Positions 30,280 to 39,470 of a stretch of DNA of 64,000 nt are shown piece after piece; position 1 is the stretch's first letter; the number at the start of each line of letters is the position of its first letter. The stretch spans positions 160,001 to 224,000 of the forward strand of contig CAXXFV010000004.1 of NCBI GenBank assembly GCA_963674595.2, written 5' to 3'. The stretch comes from a bacterium. GTDB taxonomy: Bacteria > Zhuqueibacterota > Zhuqueibacteria > Residuimicrobiales > Krinioviventaceae. The notes under the pieces were generated by a model. That model searched no databases, was not told the origin of the DNA, and saw nothing but the letters and a program-made list of their open reading frames with translations. The translations under genes and the position numbers were made by a program.

Positions 30280-31101
30280 TTAAGCAAACATAACCAAACT
30301 GACCGCCATAATTATCATCCCCGCGATTAATCCAAAGATCGCAATATGGTGTTCACCATATTCTTCAGCAGTCGGCAACAATTCATCAAGTGAAATATAA
30401 ACCATAATACCGGCAACACTGGCAAAAACCAAACCAAATGTCGCATCATTAAAAAAACTTTTTAATATAAAATACCCAACCAAAGCACCGACCGGCTCTG
30501 CAAATCCAGAAAGAAAAGAATAATTAAAAGCCTTCTTTTTACTTTTAGTAGCATAATAAATGGGTACTGAAACAGCAATTCCTTCAGGGATATTATGGAT
30601 TGCAATAGCAGCGGCTATACTGACTCCCATTTGGGGATCGTGTAATGCACCCATAAATGTTGCTAAACCTTCAGGAAAATTATGGATACCAATGGCTAAT
30701 GCCGAAAATATCCCCATACGCATTAATTTTCTATCGCTGTCATTATCATTTTCATTGCTTTTAAGGTTTTTCAACTCATGTGGATTTTCAAAAGAAGGAA
30801 CCATTTTATCTATAAGCGCAATGATACCGATCCCAATAAAAAAGGAAATAACCGTTGCCCAATATCCTGGTTTTTCTCCGAAAACAACCATTAATGAATC
30901 TTTTGCTTTAACAAATATTTCGACCAATGAAACATAAATCATAACGCCAGCGGAAAAGCCTAAAGAACCGGCAAGAAATTTAGGATTAAACTTTTTAGAG
31001 AAAAAGGCCATAATACTGCCAATTCCTGTTGATAATCCTGCGAAAAGGGCTAATCCAAATGCAAATAAAATATTTCCATGTTCCAAAATTTGCTCCTCCA
31101 C
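30280..31101 (-). CDS. zupT: ZIP-family zinc transporter ZupT
   Basis: AGLSTGIG, GFSAGVMIYVS, HNFPEG, HNIPEG and DELLPTA motifs. Confidence 0.93.
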   Translation of the reverse strand: MEEQILEHGNILFAFGLALFAGLSTGIGSIMAFFSKKFNPKFLAGSLGFSAGVMIYVSLVEIFVKAKDSLMVVFGEKPGYWATVISFFIGIGIIALIDKMVPSFENPHELKNLKSNENDNDSDRKLMRMGIFSALAIGIHNFPEGLATFMGALHDPQMGVSIAAAIAIHNIPEGIAVSVPIYYATKSKKKAFNYSFLSGFAEPVGALVGYFILKSFFNDATFGLVFASVAGIMVYISLDELLPTAEEYGEHHIAIFGLIAGMIIMAVSLVMFA

Positions 31102-31856
31102 TAATTGTTATCCAAACCAAAACGAAAAGAAAAACCAGCACCAATAATCAAATCGGCACTGTAATTGTTTAATCCTTTGCCTAAATATAAATCTAATTGT
31201 GCAACTGGTGTTAGCAAGTATGTGACACCACCATCAAAAACTGGTTGCCACGGTTCACTGTCAGGAACCTCTGCCAGTAATTCTATAAAAGTGCCCAATT
31301 TATCATTTATTTCGATTCCCAAAGCGACTGATGCCAAAGACATTATTTCTCTATCAGAACCGCCATCCGCCAAAATAGCCCCTAAATTTGCGCCCAATCC
31401 CATCCTATCATTCAAATTATAACTGCAGGCAAACTTGACACCTACTTGGGTAGCGTCAACAGAAACCTGTTCATCACCGGTCGGAAGTGTGGATACAAGC
31501 ATTAATGCCATAGGTACTTTTGCACTTGATGATGTGATTTGATATTTGGTTTCCAAAATTATATCATTTAAAAAAGTATTAGAGTTGCTACCGATTCTTT
31601 CATTCAGCCAACCAGAAAATCCCAAACGGACTTCGAGGTTATATCCAATACCAATACGGGCCAAAATGCTTGGGTATGAAAAAGTTGATACTGAATTAAA
31701 ATCTTCAAACTCAACACCACCTTCAAGTTGTATTATTTTCGGTGAAACGACAAACGCACTCTCTGTGAAATCAGGTCGATCTGTAACTAAATCCTGAGCG
31801 CTAGATATTGATAATATACCAAAAATTAAAAATATAATTAAAAAAAATTTATTCAT
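31101..31856 (-). CDS. Outer-membrane beta-barrel ('transporter', MetA-pathway/phenol-degradation-like porin family)
   Basis: Signal peptide ISSA|Q, then LVTDRPDFTES, QLE.G and LPTG; ends GAGFSFRF. Likely start MNKFF after GAAAGGA; overlaps the zupT start. Confidence 0.75.
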   Translation of the reverse strand: MNKFFLIIFLIFGILSISSAQDLVTDRPDFTESAFVVSPKIIQLEGGVEFEDFNSVSTFSYPSILARIGIGYNLEVRLGFSGWLNERIGSNSNTFLNDIILETKYQITSSSAKVPMALMLVSTLPTGDEQVSVDATQVGVKFACSYNLNDRMGLGANLGAILADGGSDREIMSLASVALGIEINDKLGTFIELLAEVPDSEPWQPVFDGGVTYLLTPVAQLDLYLGKGLNNYSADLIIGAGFSFRFGLDNN

Positions 31857-32014
31857 AATATTTCCTTTCCATCTGATTATTACGACATGCAAAATAAATA
31901 AATTATTCTATTACATGACTCAATAATAATTTAATGGAATAACAACAGAACAATGATATAAATTATTTCTTAATCTATATATTTTTTTAATCCGCCCTAT
32001 TTTTACAGCAAAGA

Positions 32015-32893
32015 TCAAGGTTCCCTATTTACAACCAACTGAGAAACCAGCATCCCGGCCAGCATCAACACACAGCCGACAAATCCGCGCAAAGAAATCA
32101 TTTCCTGCAGCAGCAACCAGCCGCCGAAAACGGCAAAAACAGCTTCAAGGCTCAATATAATGGCGGCATGACTGGGAGGCGTATGTTTTTGTGCAACAAT
32201 CTGTAAGCTATAGGCCACACCGACAGACATAATTCCGCCGTATAAAATAGGTATGGCAGCTTTGGTTATCAATTCCATGGAAAAAGACTCAAACAGCACA
32301 GCGGTTATTAAACTCGCCAAAGCACAGACTGCGTATTGAATAAAAGCAAGCTGACCAGACCGTATTTTTGGTGAAAAATGGGCGATAATGTGTACATGAA
32401 GCGCCCAAAAAAAGGCGCTCAAAAGTACCAAAAAATCTCCTTTTTGAATGTGCCACGCTTCATTAACCGAAAGCAAATACAATCCGATAACGGCAAGGAA
32501 CACACCAACCCAGTTAGCTTTACCTGTTTTATGACCGAGAAAAATCCCAAAGATCGGCACGATCACCACATATAGCCCTGTGATAAAACCGGCATTTCCG
32601 GCTGTGGTGTAAACAATACCCACCTGCTGCAGAGAAGACCCTAAAAACAACGCGATACCGGCATAAATACCACCGATTAAAGTTGTTTTAAAATTTTTTG
32701 TATTTTGATCTTTATTAAATAAAAAGGGAATGAGAACAAGCGCCCCTAAGGTAAAACGAATGCCGTTAAAAACAAAAGGTCCGATATGCTCCATACCGAC
32801 ACGTTGAGCAACAAACGCAAATCCCCAAATAGATGCAGTCAGTAATAGAAGGATATCATATTTTAAAACCTTCATAAGCCCCAACCGTATCAA
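32015..32893 (-). CDS. DMT/EamA family transporter
   Basis: IWGFAFVAQ, GNAGFITGLYVV.VP, GD.LVL and AAIILSLEAVFA motifs; 10 TMs. Confidence 0.9.
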   Translation of the reverse strand: MIRLGLMKVLKYDILLLLTASIWGFAFVAQRVGMEHIGPFVFNGIRFTLGALVLIPFLFNKDQNTKNFKTTLIGGIYAGIALFLGSSLQQVGIVYTTAGNAGFITGLYVVIVPIFGIFLGHKTGKANWVGVFLAVIGLYLLSVNEAWHIQKGDFLVLLSAFFWALHVHIIAHFSPKIRSGQLAFIQYAVCALASLITAVLFESFSMELITKAAIPILYGGIMSVGVAYSLQIVAQKHTPPSHAAIILSLEAVFAVFGGWLLLQEMISLRGFVGCVLMLAGMLVSQLVVNREP

Positions 32894-35800
32894 CTAAATA
32901 ATATTTCTATATCTTTTCTGGTCAAATTTTTGAAAAAATTGGTGTCGGTACTGATGAGATTTGATACCAGGTTTTTCTTTTTGGCCTGCAATTCAAGCAT
33001 TTTTTCTTCAACAGAATTTTTGGTAATCAACCGGTAAACAAAAACATTTTTTTGCTGCCCTATTCGGTGGGCACGGTCTGTTGCCTGCATTTCGACTGCC
33101 GGGTTCCACCAGGGATCATAATGAATTACATAATCTGCTGCCGTCAAATTCAGCCCTGTACCGCCGGCTTTGAGACTGATCAGAAAAATTCGTTTATCAT
33201 CATCATTTTGAAAACGGTCCACACACTCGTGACGGTTTTTTGTATGTCCGTCCAAATATTCATAGGGAATATTATTTTTATCAAGGTATTGCTGCATCAA
33301 TTTGAGCATTTTGACAAACTGGGAAAAAATAAGGACTTTATGTTTTTCCGACAAAATTTCATCAACAAACTCTTTTAACGCTTCAAACTTGCCGGAATCA
33401 TCCAGTGTGCTTTTGTCCACCAAAAAGGGGTGACAGGATATCTGGCGTAATTTGACCAGACCTTCCAGGATATTCATGTGAGATTTTTCAATCCCAACCG
33501 TATCAATTCTGTTCAGTAAAATAGCGCGATAATGGTCCCGCCATTGTTTATAAAGCTGTTCCTGTTTTTCATTCATGGAACAATAAACGGTTTGTTCAAA
33601 TTTTGGCGGAAGTTCTTTTGCTACATTTTCCTTTGTTCTTCGCAGGATAAATGGAAAAATAATCTGGCGTAAAAACTCTGCTGTTTCGGTTTCACCTTTC
33701 TTTTCTATCGGTGTTGAAAAGGAGCGTTTAAAATAGTTAATGGAACCCAGCAAACCTGGATTCAGAAAAGAAAACTGCGACCATAATTCCAACGTATTAT
33801 TTTCAACCGGGGTTCCTGTTAAAACCAGTCGATATTTTGCATTTAACAAACGGGACGCTTTGGCCGTTTGCGATATGGGATTTTTAATTTTTTGCGATTC
33901 GTCTAAAATTGCATAAAAAAAGTCGACATCTTTAAGCAGCACAATGTCCCGGCGCATAATTCCGTAGGTCGTTAAAACAATGTCATAATTATAAAACATT
34001 TTCGCATCAACAACACGATCCAACCCTGTGTGGATATGGACCTTGAGGTCAGGTGTAAATTTTTGAATTTCCCGTTCCCAGTTAAACACAACAGAGGTGG
34101 GGCATACTATAATACTGGGGATTTTGTTGCCCTTTTCTTTTTCCATCAACAACATGGTCAATGTTTGCAGGGTTTTACCAAGGCCCATATCATCTGCCAA
34201 ACAACCGCCAAAAGAATGGTCCTGAAGAAAATAGAGCCAATCATACCCTGCTTTTTGATAAGGCCTTAGCAGTCCGTTAATTTTAGACGGCAGTTTTTTT
34301 TGCCTGATTTGACTAAAATCTCTTAACCGCTGCAACCGGTTTTCAAACTCCCGGTCAGTCGTTTTGCTGGAAGCTTCTTCCAGCAGCAAATCAATCAGCG
34401 TCGCATGATACTGGGGAATTTTAATCTGCTCATCCTGAACATCGGTAAAATTAAACAAATGCTGAAATTTCTTATACCATTCTTCAGTCAACCGGGCCGT
34501 ACTGCCGTCAACAAGCTTTACATACCTCTTGTGATGGAACATGGACTTGCGTAACTCTTTCATGGACAGGCTGACACCGTCAATATCTATTTCCAGGTTC
34601 AGGTCAAACCAGTCAATTTGTGAAGAAACAGCAACTTTAACATTCGGTGACCCGGTGCGGACTTTATACTTTTTCAGGTCACCTTCTCCAAAAACAACAA
34701 ATCCTTTTCCAGAGAGTTTTGGAATATTATCAAACATCCACTCAAGCGCCTTGGAATCGATAATCCGCAATTCATTATTGGCATAATTTCTTAACCCTGT
34801 TTCCAATAATTCATTTCGAATGGACTCTTCCTTTTCCCGGTTTCGCACAATCTGAACGATACCGTTGCCATTTTTTCTTAAAATCTGATTATAAGGATTT
34901 TTATATTCAACTTTGAAATTGTCATAATCAAAGACAAGATCGATAAATAATTCTTTGTAACCTTCACGCAAATAAAGTTGGACCTGCTTTATTTCATTAA
35001 CCACATCAACAACAACGGAATCCGGTAAAGACAACGAAGTAAAATTTGCCAACTGAAAATATTTGTCCTGAACAAAATTTGAAAACTCGGACTTGGGAAT
35101 TTGCAAAGAGATACTGGACCGTGTAAACGGCACCAGGATGTCTGCAGAATCAAGATTATTAACACGATAGAGTCGATTTTCCCACAAAATCCAAACCGGA
35201 TTTTCGGATAAAATATAAAAATCAGGACTGATCTTTTCTCTGATATCCTTGAATACAAACTCGCAAACAAGCTCAAAGTCATCTTCAGTTTCATCAAACC
35301 ACAAATCTATAGAGCAGGATTCCGGTTCAAACTCAATATTTTGATTCAAGTCTGAATTTATGTATAAATCACTATCTGACAAAAAGTCCAATAAAGGGCC
35401 TAATTTGCTGCCGTATTTAAAATGAAAAACATGAGAATCAAAATAATTATTTGAACGATAATAGTTGTAATCATAAAAACTGTTATAGTGCTGTTCAAGG
35501 TTTTGCAAATAGGCAATAACAATAGGATCATTTTGAGAATAAACAAGAGAACTGTTTTGTGGATCAAATTCGCCGATATTCGTCAAACGCCCCAACGAAT
35601 TATCTTTTTTTATATAGGCTTTTTGCGGCATTATCGACCACGATTCGCTATTCAGTTTAACCAGGTAGATAATTTTCCATTTTTGAATTAATTTTGCCCC
35701 GTTTGTTTCAGAAACCTGATGGTTTTTTAAAATATCATCAAAGAAAATATTCCAATCCGGATTTGTTTCCTGGTATACAAGGGTCTCCCGGTTTTCATCA

Positions 35801-36066
35801 TACCACTCTTTGGCAGCCAACAGGGCGGCAATAACATGTTTGCATGTAGCCCAGTAAGGGCACGTGCAACTGGTTAAAAAATGTTCGTGTGTTAACTGTA
35901 CACTGACCTGGTAGGCAAAGCTTCCCTGAACAGTTGCTTCAAACTGTGTAAGATCTATTTTGTTTAATGTAACCCGACCTTGTTTAAAATAACGAAGACC
36001 GCGTCTATAAATCTCCAGGTTGACTATTTTTTTTATTTCACGTAATTCTATTTTCATTTTTATCAA
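32890..36066 (-). CDS. SWIM zinc finger-SNF2 family helicase/ATPase
   Basis: CTCP....CKH (SWIM); LADDMGLGKT, LDESQKIKN, LTGTP.EN, FSQF, SLKAGGTGLNL and QATDRAHRIGQ motifs. Confidence 0.93.
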   Translation of the reverse strand: MIKMKIELREIKKIVNLEIYRRGLRYFKQGRVTLNKIDLTQFEATVQGSFAYQVSVQLTHEHFLTSCTCPYWATCKHVIAALLAAKEWYDENRETLVYQETNPDWNIFFDDILKNHQVSETNGAKLIQKWKIIYLVKLNSESWSIMPQKAYIKKDNSLGRLTNIGEFDPQNSSLVYSQNDPIVIAYLQNLEQHYNSFYDYNYYRSNNYFDSHVFHFKYGSKLGPLLDFLSDSDLYINSDLNQNIEFEPESCSIDLWFDETEDDFELVCEFVFKDIREKISPDFYILSENPVWILWENRLYRVNNLDSADILVPFTRSSISLQIPKSEFSNFVQDKYFQLANFTSLSLPDSVVVDVVNEIKQVQLYLREGYKELFIDLVFDYDNFKVEYKNPYNQILRKNGNGIVQIVRNREKEESIRNELLETGLRNYANNELRIIDSKALEWMFDNIPKLSGKGFVVFGEGDLKKYKVRTGSPNVKVAVSSQIDWFDLNLEIDIDGVSLSMKELRKSMFHHKRYVKLVDGSTARLTEEWYKKFQHLFNFTDVQDEQIKIPQYHATLIDLLLEEASSKTTDREFENRLQRLRDFSQIRQKKLPSKINGLLRPYQKAGYDWLYFLQDHSFGGCLADDMGLGKTLQTLTMLLMEKEKGNKIPSIIVCPTSVVFNWEREIQKFTPDLKVHIHTGLDRVVDAKMFYNYDIVLTTYGIMRRDIVLLKDVDFFYAILDESQKIKNPISQTAKASRLLNAKYRLVLTGTPVENNTLELWSQFSFLNPGLLGSINYFKRSFSTPIEKKGETETAEFLRQIIFPFILRRTKENVAKELPPKFEQTVYCSMNEKQEQLYKQWRDHYRAILLNRIDTVGIEKSHMNILEGLVKLRQISCHPFLVDKSTLDDSGKFEALKEFVDEILSEKHKVLIFSQFVKMLKLMQQYLDKNNIPYEYLDGHTKNRHECVDRFQNDDDKRIFLISLKAGGTGLNLTAADYVIHYDPWWNPAVEMQATDRAHRIGQQKNVFVYRLITKNSVEEKMLELQAKKKNLVSNLISTDTNFFKNLTRKDIEILFS

Positions 36067-36180
36067 CTTGACTCAAAAGTACATAATCTTAATGTTACTT
36101 TATGTTGACTTAAAAATCAAGCTTAATTTTATCCGATCTGGTATTTTTAGGCGAAATGGAAGTTGATAATTTTCGTGTGA

Positions 36181-37983
36181 TTATGAGACTTTACGCTTGA
36201 TAATTTCCCGGTTATATGAATTGATCACATTTTCATGACTTAAAATTCCTATAACCCGATCTTCATCACGCATATCGACGACTGGAATCTGTTCGTATTC
36301 AAAATCTATAAACTTTTTTAAAGCACTTCGAAGGCTTTCTGCAGGTGTCACTGTTACCAAAGGACTCATTAAATCCTGGGCTATTAAAAACTGGCTCATA
36401 CCCTCTTCAAACAAAACGGTCCTGACGTTTTTAAGAGAAATGATACCTTTTAACTCTCTATTATTATTTATTACAGGGAAATAGCTGCCTTCCCATTGCA
36501 ACATGGCATTTTGTATCTCCTGTAAAGGAGTATGTTCATATATAATTGGAATGGATTCATATTTTTTAAAAGCCTGTTCCACAACCAATTTATCCAAAAC
36601 ATCTACTGTAAAATCTCCCATATGGGAAGGGGAATCAGCCATACGATTGACCTGTTTTTCATACAAAGTTGTTTTGGAAAGTGTAACATAAGCTGTTGAA
36701 GAGGATAACATCATCGGCACCAAAAGATGGTAACCTCCTGTCATTTCACTGACCATAATCATGGATGATATTGGCACTTTGGCTGCTCCGGCAAAAAAAG
36801 CGCCCATACCCACCAGTACAAAAGTCTCAGGATTACTTATAACTCCGGGAATCAATTGATCAATGATCTGTCCATAAGCCCCACCAAGCATCCCGCCGAT
36901 AAACAGAGAGGGAGCAAAAACACCGCCGCTACCGCCGGAACTAATGGTAAAGGATGTGGCAAAAATTTTCACAACAGCAGCAATAAGCATAAAATGTATT
37001 GTTAATTGACCATTCATTGCCTGTTGCAAATATCCATATCCCGAAGCCAAACAATAGGGTGCAAATGCGCCCAATATTCCAATCATCAAACCACCAATAG
37101 CCGGCTTTAAATGTGGAATAACAGGTAAGACTTTAAAAAAATGGTCACGTAATCCATAAAAAATTTTGATATAAATATAACCCACAAAGGCACAGACCAA
37201 TCCAAGACCTGCATAGAATAATAATTCAACCGGATTTTGAAACATAAAATCCGGTGTTTTAAAAAGCATTCCCCAGCCGTATTTGGAGGCAAAAATAGAA
37301 TAGGCGACAATTGAAGAAACAAGAGCAGGAATAAGGGCCTTTGCCTCAAAATCTCTTTTATACAGGACTTCTACAGCGAATAAAGCGCCTCCCAAAGGTG
37401 AACGGAAAATAGCACCGATACCACCGGCCGCACCGGATATCAACAGGATACGTCGTTCATCATCATTCAGGCGTAATAATTTACTTACATAAGCTCCGAA
37501 TCCGGCACCAATCTGCGCAATAGGGCCTTCTCGACCGGCACTTCCACCTGTACCAATAGTAATGATTGAACTAATTGTTTTGATAAGAGGAACACGTTTC
37601 CGTATGTATCCGCGTTTTTGGTGAAAGGCTTCTATCACAGCGTCTGTTCCGTGACCTTCAGCTTCCGGGGCAAATTTGAAAACCAAAAATCCGGATACAA
37701 GCCCGCCAACAGCCGGAGCGATGATAAGAAACCACCAGCGAATTTGCCCGCCAACAGGTTCAAAACCACTCATTTCCCCTTGAGGTTCGGGTGGAAAATA
37801 ATTACATATAACATGAAGGCAATTATGAGTAAGCCAGTTTAATAACGAAAAAAATAATATAGCTCCGAGCCCAGAGACAATTCCAACAATCATACTGGTT
37901 AAAAAAAGCCGTCCCGTTGAACGGAAAGCCATACGATTAAAAAGATTTATAATCCGGGACACTTTTTCACTCCAAACGCTCAA
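36181..37983 (-). CDS. CLC-family chloride channel / Cl-/H+ antiporter with C-terminal CBS pair
   Basis: EAEGHG, GGSAGREGP (gating Glu), FAVEVL (proton Glu) and GGVFAPS motifs; CBS domains. Confidence 0.92.
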   Translation of the reverse strand: MSVWSEKVSRIINLFNRMAFRSTGRLFLTSMIVGIVSGLGAILFFSLLNWLTHNCLHVICNYFPPEPQGEMSGFEPVGGQIRWWFLIIAPAVGGLVSGFLVFKFAPEAEGHGTDAVIEAFHQKRGYIRKRVPLIKTISSIITIGTGGSAGREGPIAQIGAGFGAYVSKLLRLNDDERRILLISGAAGGIGAIFRSPLGGALFAVEVLYKRDFEAKALIPALVSSIVAYSIFASKYGWGMLFKTPDFMFQNPVELLFYAGLGLVCAFVGYIYIKIFYGLRDHFFKVLPVIPHLKPAIGGLMIGILGAFAPYCLASGYGYLQQAMNGQLTIHFMLIAAVVKIFATSFTISSGGSGGVFAPSLFIGGMLGGAYGQIIDQLIPGVISNPETFVLVGMGAFFAGAAKVPISSMIMVSEMTGGYHLLVPMMLSSSTAYVTLSKTTLYEKQVNRMADSPSHMGDFTVDVLDKLVVEQAFKKYESIPIIYEHTPLQEIQNAMLQWEGSYFPVINNNRELKGIISLKNVRTVLFEEGMSQFLIAQDLMSPLVTVTPAESLRSALKKFIDFEYEQIPVVDMRDEDRVIGILSHENVINSYNREIIKRKVS

Positions 37984-38003
37984 TCTGCAAATACGTGCAA
38001 TTT

Positions 38004-38459
38004 CTAATCTTCAGCTTCTTCAAAAATCTTTCTAACTTCTACGGGTGTTTGTGCTTTTAAAAGTTTTTGCCTTATTTTATCCTCTCGTAACAGTTTAGAT
38101 AGCCGGGCTAAAACTTTTAAATATTCCCCAACGGCTTTAACGGGTGTTGCAAGTAAAAAGATTAACCTTACATTTTCTTTATCTTCAGCGCCAAAATCAA
38201 CGCCTTCTTTTAGCCGAGTCATGGTGATTGTAATTTCATCAACATTTTGTGTTCGAGCATGAGGTAAAGCGACACCACGCCCGATACCGGTACTACCTAA
38301 ACTTTCGCGCTGATAAACTTCCTGCAAAAATTTCGAAGCATTTGCTAATACATCACATTTCCCCATGAATTCAACTGTTTTAGCAATAGCCCCCACTTTA
38401 TCCGGGGCATCTATATCGAGAAAAATTAAACAATCCCGAAAATAGTCTGATAACCTCAA
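38004..38459 (-). CDS. Stand-alone PTS EIIA (Ntr/Fru-type) protein
   Basis: RESLGSTGIGRGVALPHAR phospho-His motif, GVDFGA.D, YLKVLARLS. Confidence 0.9.
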   Translation of the reverse strand: MRLSDYFRDCLIFLDIDAPDKVGAIAKTVEFMGKCDVLANASKFLQEVYQRESLGSTGIGRGVALPHARTQNVDEITITMTRLKEGVDFGAEDKENVRLIFLLATPVKAVGEYLKVLARLSKLLREDKIRQKLLKAQTPVEVRKIFEEAED

Positions 38460-38552
38460 TGAATCTCCTTTAATGCATCACTGCCAAAGTCTATTTTATA
38501 AAGACAATCTAACTAAATTTTGACTAATTAATTAACAATTATTCAAGTATTA

Positions 38553-38581
38553 AATGTAATGATTACAATAGTAAAAGTCAA
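38553..38581 (-). promoter_or_regulatory. Putative sigma70 promoter of the EIIA-CLC operon with an overlapping inverted repeat
   Basis: Minus strand TTGACT-17-TACATT; palindrome TGTAAT-G-ATTACA at 38555-38567 overlaps the -10. Confidence 0.5.
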
Positions 38582-38631
38582 TATGAATTAAAATGATATA
38601 TGTTTCATCGGCAAGTCATGCCCGAATACGA

Positions 38632-38796
38632 CTAGAAAACAAACCAAGTATATCCAATAAAATACAAAACATTACCTAAATCCACTGTTCCATGGGGCAG
38701 CTTGCGTGGTGCAGCACCCCGAACTATTATCGTTTTAAAATCTTATATTTTTGTCAAACCATTTGTTTATGAATCCGGATAAACAAAGTGATCTAA
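38632..38796 (-). pseudogene. Eroded 5' remnant of a conserved hypothetical (probably ASCH/PUA-like) gene
   Basis: Minus frame reads LDHFVYPDS*TNGLTKI*DFKTIIVRGAAPRKLPHGTVDLGNVLYFI..., with two in-frame stops. It resembles a family I recall as MDHVVYLD...KTMIIRGAAGRKLPYGRV..GD.LYFI. Confidence 0.55.
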
Positions 38797-38806
38797 AAAT
38801 CCAAGT

Positions 38807-39337
38807 CTAAATGTTTAGTTTTATCATCGCCTTAAACTCACCCCGAATCGGGACTATTTTTTTGGAAACCGGGTTTGATAATTTCCCGCTAAATGTACCC
38901 TCAACAGCACTATTTGTAACTTTAGTAATTTTTAATGTTCCCTGAGAGTTTAAAGGCGTTGTGTTTGGTGCAGCCGTAAAAGCCAGAAAATCAAGAGGAA
39001 ACGTTTGCCCCTCCCACTTTTTCAGTTCACTTTCTTTATAATTGAGATTGATAATAAACTGAGGATATTTATCAGACCCTATATTATAATTAAAAAGCTG
39101 CAAATTATCATTTTTAAACAATTCACCTCTTGGCGTAAACTGGGCGATAAAAAATTTGTCGTGCATGGCTTTGTCTTTGAGTTTAAAGCGCAGCATACCG
39201 CCATTTGGTTCACGGTCGGATTTATCAGGTTCCGATACCTGAAAAGATCCCTGGGGCCGAAGGACCGGTTGTTTCTTTTTCTCACAGGCAAAAAAACCAA
39301 CCAATATTATTAAAACAAAAAAAATCTTTGTTTTCAT
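38807..39337 (-). CDS. Hypothetical lipoprotein
   Basis: MKTK + hydrophobic stretch + FFAC lipobox; C-terminal G.LKITKV....VEGTFSG.L...I.GEF beta-sandwich pattern. Confidence 0.75.
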   Translation of the reverse strand: MKTKIFFVLIILVGFFACEKKKQPVLRPQGSFQVSEPDKSDREPNGGMLRFKLKDKAMHDKFFIAQFTPRGELFKNDNLQLFNYNIGSDKYPQFIINLNYKESELKKWEGQTFPLDFLAFTAAPNTTPLNSQGTLKITKVTNSAVEGTFSGKLSNPVSKKIVPIRGEFKAMIKLNI

Positions 39338-39470
39338 AAATTTATCCTTAAATTAAGATTCAATATATGGGCAAACAAAAAACATTAACTCGAAATATTA
39401 TCTAAATTTACAATTTTTGTTATGAATAGCAAGCTTTTGAAAATGATATATTATGTGAAAGGAGATAAAT

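Noticed and set aside
32890-36066. SNF2 helicase as part of an anti-phage system
   Set aside because: It has the common SWIM-SNF2 architecture, is flanked by transporters, and has no methylase, nuclease or other defence genes nearby.
38601-38725. Two imperfect GC-rich hairpins upstream of EIIA-CLC, considered as a fluoride riboswitch or sRNA
   Set aside because: No crcB-motif consensus. The CLC has GREGP and lacks the fluoride-type GNNLI/GREGT signature. The larger hairpin is explained by the pseudogene remnant, and the likely operon promoter lies downstream of it.
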